The translations under genes and the position numbers were made by a program. From positions 36,084,001 through 36,148,000 of the forward strand of contig NC_043003.1 of NCBI RefSeq assembly GCF_006345805.1: a stretch of DNA of 64,000 nt, given 5' to 3'. The notes beneath the pieces were generated by a model. It searched no databases. It saw only the letters and a program-made list of their open reading frames with translations, and was not told the DNA's origin. Positions 40,229 through 53,963 of this stretch are shown piece by piece. Source of the stretch: Octopus sinensis (lineage: Eukaryota). How positions within the stretch are numbered: the first letter of the stretch is position 1; every line of letters starts with the position of its first letter.

Positions 40229-41144
40229 GGAAAATGAGAAAGCGAAACATTTGGTGGCACTTGAAAAACATTTAATTTAAACAGAGATTAAACAGAGCTA
40301 GAGTCGCTTACTGGTGTTTCCAGAATAGCAAAGCTTTTTGATCAAAATGAAGAATATCCCCAATCGAGGAATTTGTTCCTTACATTTTATCGAAAAATGA
40401 AGGAAGGATCTGAGTAAGAACTACATGTGTTAGGTAATTCCATGATCAAATAAATAATAAAGTTAGAGGGAATGCCATTAGCAGTTCCATATATAAAGGC
40501 TTGATGATAATTCCTGGCAAAAATAGATCTATATAGATATATATTTATATTTACTTCGGGCTTCAACAAATTTTTCATGAACCAGATTTTCGCACAAGTC
40601 ATTGGTCGATCACGAGCTACATTAGGAAACGCTTGATTAAGGTGTCATGCAGCGGGGATAAACTAAATAGGGTACTTCATCACGTCGTTGAATAGGGTAC
40701 CTTATAACCTCATCTCCCATACCTACGCCTACTGGTTGTATGTTTGAACCTTGTAAACTTTGTCGTCATGAACTTTATCGTCATCATTATCATCATCTTT
40801 GCACTTCATCTGAATTGTAGATCAACTCTTAGATTTTTTTTCAGGCTCCCAGAACATAACATACTGTTATTTTTCATTCAATTTTTCTTTAACTCAGACT
40901 AAAACGCCTATGATGGATCGGAAATGTATACGCTTACAGAAATTCTATTATAGATGTGTGTATATACTACACACATGCACACACACATATATATATAGAT
41001 AGATACATACATATATACATACATACATCTACATATATATATATATATAATATATGATATATATATATATATATATATAATATATATACATTCACACACA
41101 AATATATATATAATACATATATACTACATTCTACGAACATACAC

Positions 41145-41176
<32 letters not shown>

Positions 41177-41574
41177 ATTTAAATAATTTCATCGACTTTT
41201 TTTTCCCTCAAATTGAATATTTTTAGATTTATCAGTTAGGTATATTTAGTTGGAATTATTCACACTTTGGAAAATAAACTTGTTTATAATTTATTTACTT
41301 ATTTTACATTCAAAGTTAAATTACCGTTTAAAATCATTGCTTAGGTAATGGAAATATCGCTTCCGTGTTTGCTTAAATTGTGTTTTTAAAACTAGTTTGT
41401 TATTGTGCTAAATTTTTATTATTTTATTCTTGTTTCAAATATCTCTTCCAACCATTTAACATTAGATTCAAAAAAGCAGAATGTCCTCTTAAAATAGCAA
41501 TAGAAATGATTTGTTAAAATTCTGCATTACCAGGATGGCATAACATTAACAACAAAACCAATTATTCTTTTTTC

Positions 41575-41740
41575 TACTATAGGCACAAAGCCCCAAATAT
41601 ATCGGGAAGGGATTAGTCGATTACATCGACCCCGGTGCTGAACAGGAGCTTATCTTATCAACCCCGTAAGGATTAAAGGGAAAGTCGACTTCGGTGAAAT
41701 TCGAACCCAGGAATTAATACCGGAAGAAATGCTACTGTAG
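41575..41740 (-). mobile_element. SINE family A
   Basis: TAGTCGATTACATCGACCCC..AAAGTCGACTTCGGTGAAATTCGAAC on plus. Confidence 0.8.
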
Positions 41741-41982
41741 AAAACAAGAACTATTCTTTCTATTATTCTAACCTGCAATTTCGGCGTTGGATTTTTTCCG
41801 TCAATTACATCAAAGCCATTGTTTTTCTTGTACTTATCTCATCTACCCAAAAAGGTTCAAAGACAAAGTCGACTACTGCAGAAATTGAATTCACAAAACA
41901 ACATCAACCACAACAACAACAACAACAAAAACAAAAATAACAACAACAACGACAATAATAATAATAATAATAATAATAATAA

Positions 41983-42122
41983 GGGCTACAGCAAATATTC
42001 TGCTCAATACCACAGATTTTCTTGTCAGTTGTTTGACCTTAACCAGTTGACCATGTCCTTTAGTGGATGAAGAAATGTGCATCTCTGATCACAAGCAGAA
42101 GTAGTGGGGGAGCACCACAGTC
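41983..42122 (+). mobile_element. (TAA)n-associated retroelement, copy 4 (partial)
   Basis: GGGCTACAGCAAATATTCTGCTCAATACC directly after an (AAC)n(AAT)n tract. Confidence 0.8.
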
Positions 42123-42989
42123 GCATAATGATGGACGAAATACAAGTCCTGCTAATTATTATTATTATTATTATCATTATTATCATTACTATTATTGTAT
42201 TAATCTCTAACAAAAGCACAGGGACCCATACTTGAGGAAATGTTTTTTGTTGATTGAAGGAATCGCAATACTTGAGAGGTACTTTAATTTATTGACACCC
42301 GAAAGGCAATGAAATTAAATTCCTATAATATAACAATTCCTCCAATTTTATCTACCATTATAATCAAACCCTTTCTAAAATATTCCATTGTCTATCTTAG
42401 AATACAGCTACCCATTCTCTGGCTTCTGATATTTTAAGCTGAAGCCACTGCGTTGCAATAAAGTCTAGATTCTGGACTCAGAGTATGTTCCACCTTTCCT
42501 CACTTCCCTTCCCTATTTTCAAAGGCATGAAAAATGTTATAGAGGATTCGCCTCCCTTGTAACTAAGCTATTGAAAGAAGCTTAAAATATCATCTTTATA
42601 TAAATCAAATTCGAAATAACAAGTGAGTGGTCAGTGGTAAAAGGAGGAAGGAGGGAATGGGTGGGGGCGTATGTAACGTGCCAGTGTGTGTGTTGAGTGG
42701 TAGTGTGTGTGTGTCCAGTGTGCGTAGTTGTATGTATGGCAAGTAAATTTGAAGTGTGTGTAAGTGTAATGTATATATATATGCAAATGTGTGTGTGAGT
42801 GCGTGGGAGTGGGTGTATGTATGTGTGTGCGTGTGTGTACAAAAGGGGGGTATTAAGCAAACAAACTGCAACTGAGGGAAAGATGGAAAAGTGCTCCCGC
42901 GGTGACAGGCGTAAGAGAACCCCAAGAAAACGCCGGCCCCAGATACGAACAGGAGTTCTAGTCGGTACCCACGGGCGTGGTGCATGCAT

Positions 42990-44520
42990 GTGTGTATGCG
43001 TGCGCGAACGCGCACATGCATGTATGTGGGCGCGCCTGCGAGTGTGTGTGTAAGTATGTGTGTGTGTGTGGATGTGTGAGTGTGTCTGTGTGTATGTCTG
43101 GGTGTCAGTGTGTCCGAATGAATGTATGTAAGTATGTGTGTGTATATGTTTGTGTATAGATGTATGTCCGTGTGTATGTGTGTGTGTATGTGTATAAGTG
43201 TGTATGTATGTACGTGTGTGTGTGTGGAAGTGTGTGTATAGGATGCATGTATGTGTATGGGTGTATGTATGTGTGTGTATGTATGTATGTGTACGTGCGT
43301 GTGTGTGTGTGTATGCATGTATGCGTACATGCGTGTAGGTGTGCGCGTGTGCATGCATGCATGTGCGTATGTATGTGTGTGTGTGTGTGCATGTGTGTAA
43401 GTATATATGTATGTGCGTATATGTGTGTGTATGTGCGTACAGGTGTGTGTGTGTATGCATGTGTGTGTATGTAGGTGTGTGGGCGTGTGTGTATAGGTGT
43501 ATGTATGTATGTATGTATGGGTGTGTCCATGTATGTGTGTGTATGCATGTGTGTGTATGTAGGTGTGTGGGCGTGTGTGTATAGGTGTATGTATGTATGT
43601 ATGTATGTATGGGTTTGTCCGTGTATGTTTGTGTGTGTGTGTGTAAGTATGGGTGAGGGTATGAGTGTATGCAGGTGTGTGTGTACGTATGTAATATATG
43701 TATGTATGCGTGTGTGTGCGTGTGTATGCGTGTGTGTGTGTATGTAGGTGCGTATGTATGTGTGTGGGAGTGTAGGTGTGTGTGTGCGTGTATGTGTGCG
43801 TGTGCGTGTATATGTTGGTTTGTGTGTATGTGAGTGTGAGTGTATGGGTGTGTGTCATGTATGTGTGTGCGCGTGCAGGTGAGTGTGTGTGTAAGTATGT
43901 GTGTGTGTATGTATGTGTGAGTGTGTATGTGTGTATGTCTGTGTGTATGCATGTGCGTATAGGAGTATGTAAGTATGTGTGTGTGTATGTGTATGGGTGT
44001 ATGTATGTATGTATGTGTGTGTGCATGTGTGTAAGTATATGTGTGTGTGCGTATGTATGTGTATGTGTATGTGTGTGTGTTTATGTATGTGTGTATGTAT
44101 GTGTGTAGGCGTGTGTGTATAGGTGTATGTATGTATGGGTGTGTGTCTGTGTCTGGTTGTGTGTGTGTGTAGGTATGTGTGTATGTATGAGTGAAGGTAT
44201 GGCTGTGTAGGTGTGTGTATGTATGAATGTAAGTGTGTGTGTGTACAAGTGTAATGTATGTATGTAGGTGTGTGTGTGTGTATGTGTGCGTATGCGTGTA
44301 TATGTGTGTGTGTGTATGCGTGTGAGTGTGAGTGTATGGGTGTATGTCTGTGTGTGTGTATGTCTTAAGTATGTATGTGTGTGTATGTATGTATGTGTGT
44401 GTGTGTGCGGGTATGTGTGTGTGTATGTGTGTGTGTATGTGTGTGTGTAAGTATGTGTGCGTGTATGTATGTGGGTAGGGATGCATGCGTGTGTGTGTGT
44501 ATGTATGTGTACATACGCAC
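42990..44520 (+). repeat. ~1.5-kb degenerate (GT)/(GTAT) satellite
   Basis: Directly visible; source of the 670-aa and 473-aa H/T/Y pseudo-ORFs. Confidence 0.97.
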
Positions 44521-44586
44521 GCACACACACGAAGCACGCCCACATATATATATATATATATATACAGAGTGAGAGAGAGATGCAGT

Positions 44587-44907
44587 GAAGGCATATAGCT
44601 TAATGGTTAGGGTATTCGGCACATTATCGCAAGGTTGTCATTTAAAGTCTCAGCGACGCGTTGTATCCTTGAGCAAGACACTTTATTTCACGTTGTTTGA
44701 ATTCACATAGTTGACAAAAACGCGTAATAACTCTATTTGAAAGGGCCACGCTTCTAACACTCTGTGTCATGCTGAATTTCCTTGAAAACTACCTTAAAGG
44801 TACGTGTATCTGTAGACTGGTGAGCCACTTGCACGTTAATTTCACGAGAAGGGTGTTCCGTTGATCGGATCAACTGGAACCCACGTCGTCGTAATCGACG
44901 GAATGCC
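44587..44907 (+). mobile_element. tRNA-derived SINE, family D1
   Basis: Degenerate head, central TGTATCCTTGAGCAAGACACTTT, 3' half shared with 61200-61375. Confidence 0.75.
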
Positions 44908-45898
44908 GTGGGTAAGGCCAGCCAGAACAATAAGAAGTAAATGCAAGGCAAATCCCAAGAAAACAAATATATTAATTAACGTAGACTGACTTTGTATTCA
45001 ATATTTCGTGGTTATGATCCCATTTTCATGTATGAATGTTTGTGTATGTGTGAGAGAGAGTGAGAGAGCGACAGAGACACAGATAGACAGCGAGGGAATG
45101 AGTATCTGTGTGCAGTACGTGTGTGTATTTGTGTTTGTCATCCGATGCTTGCCAAATGATGTGTGCATCAATTTATTTCTAACACGTTCTTGCTAACTCA
45201 AATATGGAAATGGTATTTGGCTGCCGAATTTTTCGGAAAAGAATTTTCATTCACAGTTCAGTTTTAGTTCCAGCGTGGCATGCCTTAGTACATATTTCCA
45301 ATATTATTATAATTATTATTATTTTTTTTTTTTTTTTGATGATTTCTTTATAGGAACAGAAGCGTTTGCTCAATTTTCTGTACTATTGAGGAAGCGAAAT
45401 TAAACTGAAACATTAATGTGGAAGAATCTGCCCTACGTCATTTTGAGCCTGTTCTGTTTCTACAAAAACCAAAAAGAAGTTGTTCTTACAAAGGAAATCA
45501 TGCAGCGAATATCATTCTCACGTTCAAGTGTGCAAAAACATGCCACAAATAGATGTATTCATCATTGCTTTTATCCAACCACGTTTGTGAGCATATACTG
45601 TACATAACGCGTGTGGACATAAACATAGCTATATTAACACAACTACAGTTATGTATATACTTTCACACGCGCGCGCGCATACACACACAAATGCACGCAC
45701 ACAAACACATACAATCACACACACATATATACATACCGTTATACATATACATATATTTATTCAGACATGCACACACACAAACACATACACACACATACAT
45801 ATGTGCATACATATATACATGCAAAGAAGCATACGGAGATTGACGTTGCTGGATCAAATGTATATATGTGCAAAACAACCAGCATCCTTATATTTTAC

Positions 45899-45975
<77 letters not shown>

Positions 45976-46808
45976 CGTGTGTGTGTGTGTGTAAGCGTAT
46001 ACATGTGTATATAAGCAGTCGTATGTATGCATTTACTTAGAAACATCTGTGCACCTGTATGTGCATTTCTATATGTGAATATATCTACTTATGAGTGTGC
46101 ATGTGTCTATGATTATGTATTTGCACATGTATTAACATTACGTATAAAGAATAACAAAAAATATATAGAATAAACGCACAATGAGATTATCGACATTGGA
46201 CACTTGTTTGGCATAGAAAAGGCTAAACCTGTCGTATTTTTCGTCATCTCTGCATAACATCCGAGACCTATTTTAATAACTGTCCTAAAACATAAAATTT
46301 ACGCTGTCACGAAACGATGAAGAATATCAAACATAACATTTCGACCTTTCTGTCTCTTTAAACTGTATCTACTGGGTGTACAATCTGATAATAGCGCATA
46401 CGGTGTCAGTATTTCTTCTTGTCTGTTTTTTTTTTTGCCTGGAATAAATATTCTTCGTTTCTAGTAATTGTTTATAATATAATAACAGGGAAATCATCTT
46501 GTCAAAATCACTCCTTTAAGATAAATACCAGATGACTGGTAAAAAAATTTATTCCTTTTGTCTCAGAAATGCTCAAAGCTTACAATGAAAACGTAGATAT
46601 AAAACAACTGCCAATATATTTTGTGACAAGTTTGTTTTCTCATCATTAATTAAATACTCTAATTAAACTACATGTCATTCTTACTCCTTATTGTTTAAAT
46701 GAACCACTGAAGGGTCTATGGCTGACGTACCTCTAAGGAAAAAAATGGTGCTGTATAAAAGTATATATTCAGTGACTCAAGTGGATAAAATTGATTTGAT
46801 TCTTACTG

Positions 46809-46840
<32 letters not shown>

Positions 46841-46994
46841 TATATATATATAGGCAAGAAGATAGTTATAAAATTTCTGTAAGAGATGAAAGCACTAACT
46901 GTACCGGCAAATAATGTTTGTCACCACTTCAACAAACGGATGTCACTGCGATTTTTAACCCCCAAAATGATATTTCTTCTAGCCGGTTAATGGT

Positions 46995-47184
46995 GCAACC
47001 TGAATCCGATATACTGCGAGCACGGGAGTGATTCCTACCACCTTCTAGCGACGGGGCCAGTAGCCTAGCCTGGTTTCATGCTCTTTCTACCCTCCCTCAA
47101 CGCTGGACACATCTGCTACAGTCACGTCGCTAGAAGGTGGTGGGAGCTTGCTCCCTTGCTCGCAGTATATCTGATGCAGGTTGC
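46995..47184. repeat. 190-bp inverted-repeat element (MITE-like)
   Basis: ~60-bp arms (46995-47053 / 47125-47184) with perfect inner 17 bp ACCACCTTCTAGCGACG; 71-bp spacer. Confidence 0.85.
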
Positions 47185-48136
47185 TTCTTTAATCAGCTAG
47201 AATAAAGACCTTGGAGTTAAAAAAATAGCGATATCCTTTCGAACGGAACAGCCATGTTGAAGTGACGATAAACCTGATATATATATATATACATATATGT
47301 TTGTGTGTGTGTGTTCATGTGTGTGTGTGTTCATGTGTGTGTGTGTTTCCCTTTGAATTAACTCACTATTTAAAAGATAGTCAAGTGCCAAGATCGTTAG
47401 AGTGATGGCTCAACTTAATAATATTGTTTATTTTGTCTCTTTGCCCACTTAGCTCAAATCACGCCGCCATCAACTTTGACTTCTATACGCTTGATGCCGT
47501 AAAAATATCACAAATCCAAGTCGGTGGATTTGCGAAATTTTAACAACATTGTATCGGATGTTTTGTGCTATTTGTTCAGGATATTTTCCTTTCTAAACTC
47601 AAATCTTGCCTTAGACTATTTGGTGTTAACAATACCTGGCATTATGGCCCGCTTCACTGGTTTTCATTCGTGTCAGGTCTCCACTCTTAGGGTGTTTTAC
47701 TGTAACGCTGTCACCACACACAGAGGTCTTTTTGTAAAAAGCGATGAGTACTACATCCGTTTTGAATAAAAGATAATAGAGAAGTAATCCGTCGTGATAT
47801 ACTTTGTTTATTTAATTAATCTTTGTATATTTTATATCGAAATTGTTGAACAATAGCATTGAATACGGGTTTCTAAATACCTCCAAAAATGATGCCGTTG
47901 ATGACAGGTGAGAAACCGAAACACGGTGCAAATTATTATTCATATACATCGATACACCTACGAAGGACACACACACACACACGCACACGCACATACATAT
48001 TTGTCTATCTGTTTATCAATATCTCTCTTTCTCTTTCTCCCTCTCCCCCCCCCCTCTCTCTCTCTCTATATATATATATATACCCTCCGTCACTAGAATC
48101 TGTTTACTATGTTTGGACATGCATTTAACTTGTAAA

Positions 48137-48172
<36 letters not shown>

Positions 48173-48257
48173 CGTGTGTATGTGCGTGCGTGTGTGTGTG
48201 AGGGAGAGTGATTTATTTAACTTGAAATGAAGTTATTCGTTTTGCCATCTCTATATA

Positions 48258-48472
48258 CTTTTCTACTCCAGAAAGAAGGCCCGAAATTTTGGGGGAGCGG
48301 GCCAGTCGATTAGTTAGACCCCAGTACGCAACTGGTACTTAATTTAATCGACCCCGGAAGGATGATAGACAAAGTTGACCTCGGCGGAATTTGAACTCAG
48401 AACGTAAAGTTAGACGAAATACCGCTAAGCATTTCGCTCGGCGTGCTAACGTTTCTGCCAGTTTGCCGCCTT
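48258..48472 (-). mobile_element. SINE family A, well preserved
   Basis: Minus-strand GGCGGCAAACTGGCAGAAACGTTAG and GAGTTCAAATTCC boxes plus the central domain. Confidence 0.88.
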
Positions 48473-48701
48473 TCTGCCATCTTTATATAGCTACAAACTG
48501 TCTCACAAAATTTGACTTGTTCTCTTAATAAAGGCAGAACACGTTAGATAATTTCACTATCGCTCCTCTTATAATGACAATGAAATCATAATGAGAATGC
48601 CTTTCATAATAAGTATACACGATCAGAAGTTAATTCAGTCTTCAGACAACATGAGTTTGAACCTAACCTATGTTGTTGTCTTCGCCTTTCACTCTTCATT
48701 C

Positions 48702-48749
48702 GTCGATAATCAAAAAGTTATGTCGATAATCAAAAAGTTATGTCAATAA
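48702..48749 (+). repeat. 20-bp perfect tandem duplication
   Basis: GTCGATAATCAAAAAGTTAT x2 plus a partial third unit. Confidence 0.95.
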
Positions 48750-49258
48750 CATACTGACATCATTTCAAACGAGGATAAACTTTCCCAAGAAGTATATATA
48801 GTTTTGTGCCAGTGTCTTGAATATATATAGCATTATGCTGTATATAGCTTTGTGACAATATATGAAATCTATACCATTATAGCATATAGCCATGTCCCGA
48901 TGTTTCAAGCCAATTATGCTACACTATATATCTTTGTGTATATATGTATGTATTTATGTATGCATTTATGTACATAAATATATACATATGTAGCAGCATA
49001 CATACACGCATACATATAGATAAATTTAGCAATGCATTATAAGAATATTATTATTCACTTTAAAGCTGTATCCCAATGTATTAAACCAATGTTATTGCGG
49101 AATATATAGCTCTCTGGCAATGTATTAAACCTATATAATCACAGAGTAGAATGAGGAATTTAGAACAACGAGATATTGTTATATTTTGTTTTTGCACAAT
49201 TTTACGTTGTATCCACAGTATAATCTTCACTTATAACAAAAACACGGTAATATTTTGT

Positions 49259-49297
<39 letters not shown>

Positions 49298-49594
49298 TTA
49301 TATATGCTTGTATATATGTATGCATATGTGTGTGTGTGTTTGTATTACGTAAACATGCCCCCACACCACGCGAGTGAGGGGACAAATGAAGAAACAACAT
49401 ATTTTGTAAGAATCACATGCATTTAGCAATGTTTATCACCACATCACTATGGATGTTCCATAGAAACCGACGTTACTATCATTTTTCAGATTCAATTCCT
49501 GTGCATGGCATCGACGGAAAAATCTTTCATATTTAAAAATAGTAAAATTTGACATCAAGTTTGGAAGGTACACACAGAAGAAATGTACACGCCT

Positions 49595-50085
49595 CTCCTT
49601 ATTTCTTCTGTCCCTCTGCCTCTACATCTCCCCATGTGACCAGTGTTCGACCAAGCCTGACATTTCTTTTTTGGTTTGGCCGCCGCCCGTGCAACATCTA
49701 TATTCTTCCATGTGCCTGTGAAATCTTGTATCCCTGCCGTAAGGCTTTACTTCCACACACGCCAGCTTTATATAATTTGTTCTTAGTCGAAAGACAACAG
49801 TTCTTATGTCCTATTATTTGTATTTGTGTAGCATTCTTCGTTTGTTCCGTCCTTGTGTTCGTTTACATTCGCTGCTTTCTTCCAAGGAATCTAATGCTCT
49901 TAGCTTAGTTTTTACCTGGGATTGGCCAGATTAAAGCAATCTCAAGTATGACCAGCCGAAATTGCAAATATAATCAAGAACTCGACTGAGGCTTTCCTCC
50001 GAATTAAACTTCGAATGACTTCTCCTTGTTTTCTTTGTATCGTTTATCTGGATGTTTTGCGTTCTTCTCCCATTTTGTATTTTTA
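49595..50085 (+). mobile_element. Penelope-like 3'/terminal region (P1), second copy
   Basis: Reverse complement of ~4340-4860; ends at (CA)n/(TA)n. Confidence 0.7.
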
Positions 50086-50103
50086 TATGTAATACGCACA
50101 CCC

Positions 50104-50140
<37 letters not shown>

Positions 50141-50154
50141 ACACATATATATAT

Positions 50155-50186
<32 letters not shown>

Positions 50187-50432
50187 AGGGAGTGCCCTAG
50201 CATGGCCTCAGTCTAATGATTAAAATTAAATATACATAAAAGATATATATATATATATATGCTTATATATATGTATGTATTTATATGTGTGTCTGTGTGT
50301 GCGTTTGCATATATGTAAACATGTCGACGCACCACGCGAGTAAGTCAACAAATGAAGGAACAACATATTTTTAAGAATCACATGTATTTAGCAATGTTAT
50401 CGCCACATCAATATGGCTGTTCTCTCTCTCTC

Positions 50433-50479
<47 letters not shown>

Positions 50480-50482
<3 letters not shown>

Positions 50483-51098
50483 CCCCTTCTTCTCTCTCTT
50501 CCTCTTGCTCCTCCTCCCCCATTCCCGTCGTCCATCTGCGACGATACTTCCGTCGTAACTGCTATCCTGTCTTTTCTCTCGCCCGCCTTCTAAGGCCACT
50601 GGTCGACATTCTTTCTCTCTCGTCGTCCACTATAATCCAGCGTTTGCATTACTTTTTTCGGTCTGGCGTAAACAGCCCCTTCTTATCTTGTTCCCTTGTC
50701 CTGTCTCTCACTGTTAATATTATTTTTCAACTGTTTATATATAATTTTTTTTTTACTGTTTATATTTTTGTACTGTCGTTACCGTCTTGCTTTTTTTACC
50801 ATTTTTACCCCTCTGCGAAAAGATCTCAGAATTTTATTGATTTGCTTTTCGCAGGAAGGAAGTTTCTTCGAAGTATACGTCTCCCTTTTATATCCTTCGA
50901 AACGTAGAGTAGATGAACCTTAGCGACTGAAGAGGGGATTTTTCGTTGTGCTTATTGTCCTGTATCTCTTTTTTTTCTTTTTGCTTGTCCTGTTCCTTGC
51001 TTTGTGTCTATGTTTTTCGTCTCTCTATGTGTTCGACGTCTTTTTGGTGTCCTGTACACATATATGCGTGTATATGTACATGTAGAGGTAGGTACGTA
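50480..51098 (+). mobile_element. Penelope-type terminal region (P3)
   Basis: 50899-51098 is the reverse complement of 55612-55817; flanked by (TA)n; contains isolated GAAACGTA and CTGAAGA half-motifs. Confidence 0.5.
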
Positions 51099-51137
51099 CA
51101 TATATGTTTATATATATGCATATGTTCTATTTTATTA

Positions 51138-51183
<46 letters not shown>

Positions 51184-51357
51184 TATATACACATATATAA
51201 ATACAAACGTGTTACCGTTTTGCCTAGGCCCTTCCTAAATTACCAGATATAAACCACGTATGAATCCCCAGACCATTCGTAACGCTCATATCATGTGCTC
51301 CCTGTGCACTGTGGCAACAGCACGAATTTCGTGGGAAAAAGAAAATTCTCCACAATA

Positions 51358-51399
<42 letters not shown>

Positions 51400-52110
51400 A
51401 AAAGTAATATAAAAGAGAACAACTTCGCCAGCTATGTTAGCAATCTAAATTATATCATCGTTTAATTTCAGTGTTTTGTGATTGCTATTTATATTGACAC
51501 TTTTTTTTTTTAACCAGACCTAAAACTCCAGTGCGTTACAAAATGATTCTAACTTTAAAACTAATTTAACGTTAAATATAAGTAATATATCAGTTAGAAT
51601 ATGCGACAAAATGTCGACAGAAAAATTACACTTGGACATAATTACTTCGAATTGAGAAGACAAAAATGTACAATAGTATGTTGAAACAAAATGAAATTTC
51701 TTTCGTATTTCGTGTCTCTCTTGCGTTAATCTATATGCACTAGCAATAATTTTGTGTGTCAGAGCAGTAAACAATATTTACTACGTTCTTTCGATAGAAA
51801 TCTTTCTCATGTACTCGAATTTTGGCGCCACTTTCCAGGAACAATCAGCATTCAGGAGACCAATCTTCTATTGTTTGGTACACAAAAATTATGCAGCAAG
51901 TATAGCATTAATGTATCAGATGTATTTACGCTTAAAAAGTATATGCCATGCATTTACACACACAAAATTCACACGCATACGTGCATAAATGTATGCACAT
52001 ATACAGAAATATACATACGTATACGTACGTACGAATGTATATATATATATATATAGATACATACATATATATATATATATATATGTATATCTATATGTAT
52101 ATATTTATGT

Positions 52111-52331
52111 TCTTTTATTCTTTTACTTGTTTCAGTCATTTAACTGCGGCCATGCTGGAACAACACCTTCACATAGTACCTATTCTACCTCTCTGCTTTG
52201 CCGAACAGTTAAATCATGGTGACGTAAACACAGCAACACCAGTTGTCAAGCGGTGATGGGGGAATAACCACAGGCACAAAGACACAAACGTTCGCACACT
52301 CACACACATGCATACAGACATATATTATATG

Positions 52332-52363
<32 letters not shown>

Positions 52364-52525
52364 CATACACACACATACCACGGGCTTCTTTCAGATTCCA
52401 TCTACCAAATCTACTCACTAGGCTTTAGTCGGTCCGAGGCCATAGCATAAATCATGCACATGGTGCCACACATGCCCTGGAACCATGTGGTTGAGAAGCA
52501 AGCTTGTTACCACACCAACACGCCT
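52111..52525 (-). mobile_element. Composite SINE (B + microsatellite + C), copy 2
   Basis: Same module order as the copy at 14965-15349. Confidence 0.85.
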
Positions 52526-53644
52526 GTATGCAGGAATATAACATGAAAGAGGGATCTAAATGAAATGTAATGAGAAATAAATCACACACCAATGCTGCTA
52601 AACAATCCCAAGGAAAGTTACGCTTGTTCTACGATCATTACAAGAAATATTACTACAAATAAAAAGAAAAAAAATACTACACCTTACTGTTGCAACGCTT
52701 CCTCAGGACAAGCCCTCAATATGAAAGCCTACCTTAATGTGTATTGGGCTCACAGTTTATCTGCAAATGGTCCAATGAACTCTATCTTCTCCACTACGCG
52801 CTCAATTATTTCCATAGCCAGTCATGTGTGGAATTATCCGTTGTAATTACCATCCATTACCTCAAACATGTTTGAAAAAAATTGAATCTACGAGTAAAAG
52901 AAAGCTAGAAAAGAGTTTCCCACCAGCTAGAAATAACACACTAATCTCAATTTACATTTTTCTGCAGCTGTTCAATACGTTAACGGGAGATTAACAACAT
53001 TAATCTCACCTGTCTCCGAGTTTGTAATTGTACATAGCACTCCTTAGCGCTTTACTCACCAGAGTTGCTCCTACCTCCAGACTTGTTAGAAAGAATAAAA
53101 TGCAGACGAATGCACAGTTGATAAGCTTGTCTTGAATATTGTAAAATTAAGTAAGATAAGTTATAGAGTACCCAAAATGTTAATAAAATATCTATATTCT
53201 GTGCAAAACAATATTAAGCTTTGAGTAGCATAATTTTCATTTCTTGGAAAGACCAGATAACTATGCGTATATTTCGGTCATATAACCTAATCAGTGAGTT
53301 AATGACCTTACTGAGATTTGTTCGTTTCTTTCCAATCTTATGTGAGTTAACACGAAATTTATTTTCACCATAGAGTTTTATGAATTTTGTTGTCTATTTT
53401 ATGGATTTAGTTCTATACTAGTTACACAAGTACAAACGAAACACTTTGGAAAGGGTGCTAATGGATATCTTAGCAGTTTCGGTAGCCACATATTTCCCCC
53501 GCATGACCAGCATTTATATCCTTTATATAGATGTTCTGATATAGTAATCATATAAAGAAGTATTTCTGTTTGCTTTGTTTGTGCAAGCAGAAGTATTACA
53601 AAGAGAGACAACGAAAAATGTATGAAACCAAGCGAAGAATGATG

Positions 53645-53737
<93 letters not shown>

Positions 53738-53926
53738 TATGTATATACATGTATATACATATACATACATATATATATATAGATAGATATATATCATATA
53801 TTATATATTATATATATTATACATTTATACGTACCTACACATACACATATGTAGTTGCTACAGACTCTCTCTCTCTTCTCTCTCTCTCTCTCTCTGTCTT
53901 TCTTGCTCTCTCTCTCTCTCTCTATG

Positions 53927-53963
<37 letters not shown>

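Noticed and set aside
42582-44594. 670-aa and 473-aa ORFs
   Set aside because: Translations of a (CA)/(ATAC) satellite, which cannot contain stops; no domain content.
48702-48749. CRISPR-like direct repeats (also 62948-62984 and 63689-63734)
   Set aside because: Only two adjacent units without unique spacers, in a eukaryotic context; ordinary tandem duplications.
50850-50945. Hammerhead in P3
   Set aside because: GAAACGTA lacks an upstream CUGANGA, and the downstream CTGAAGA lacks GAAA in both copies.
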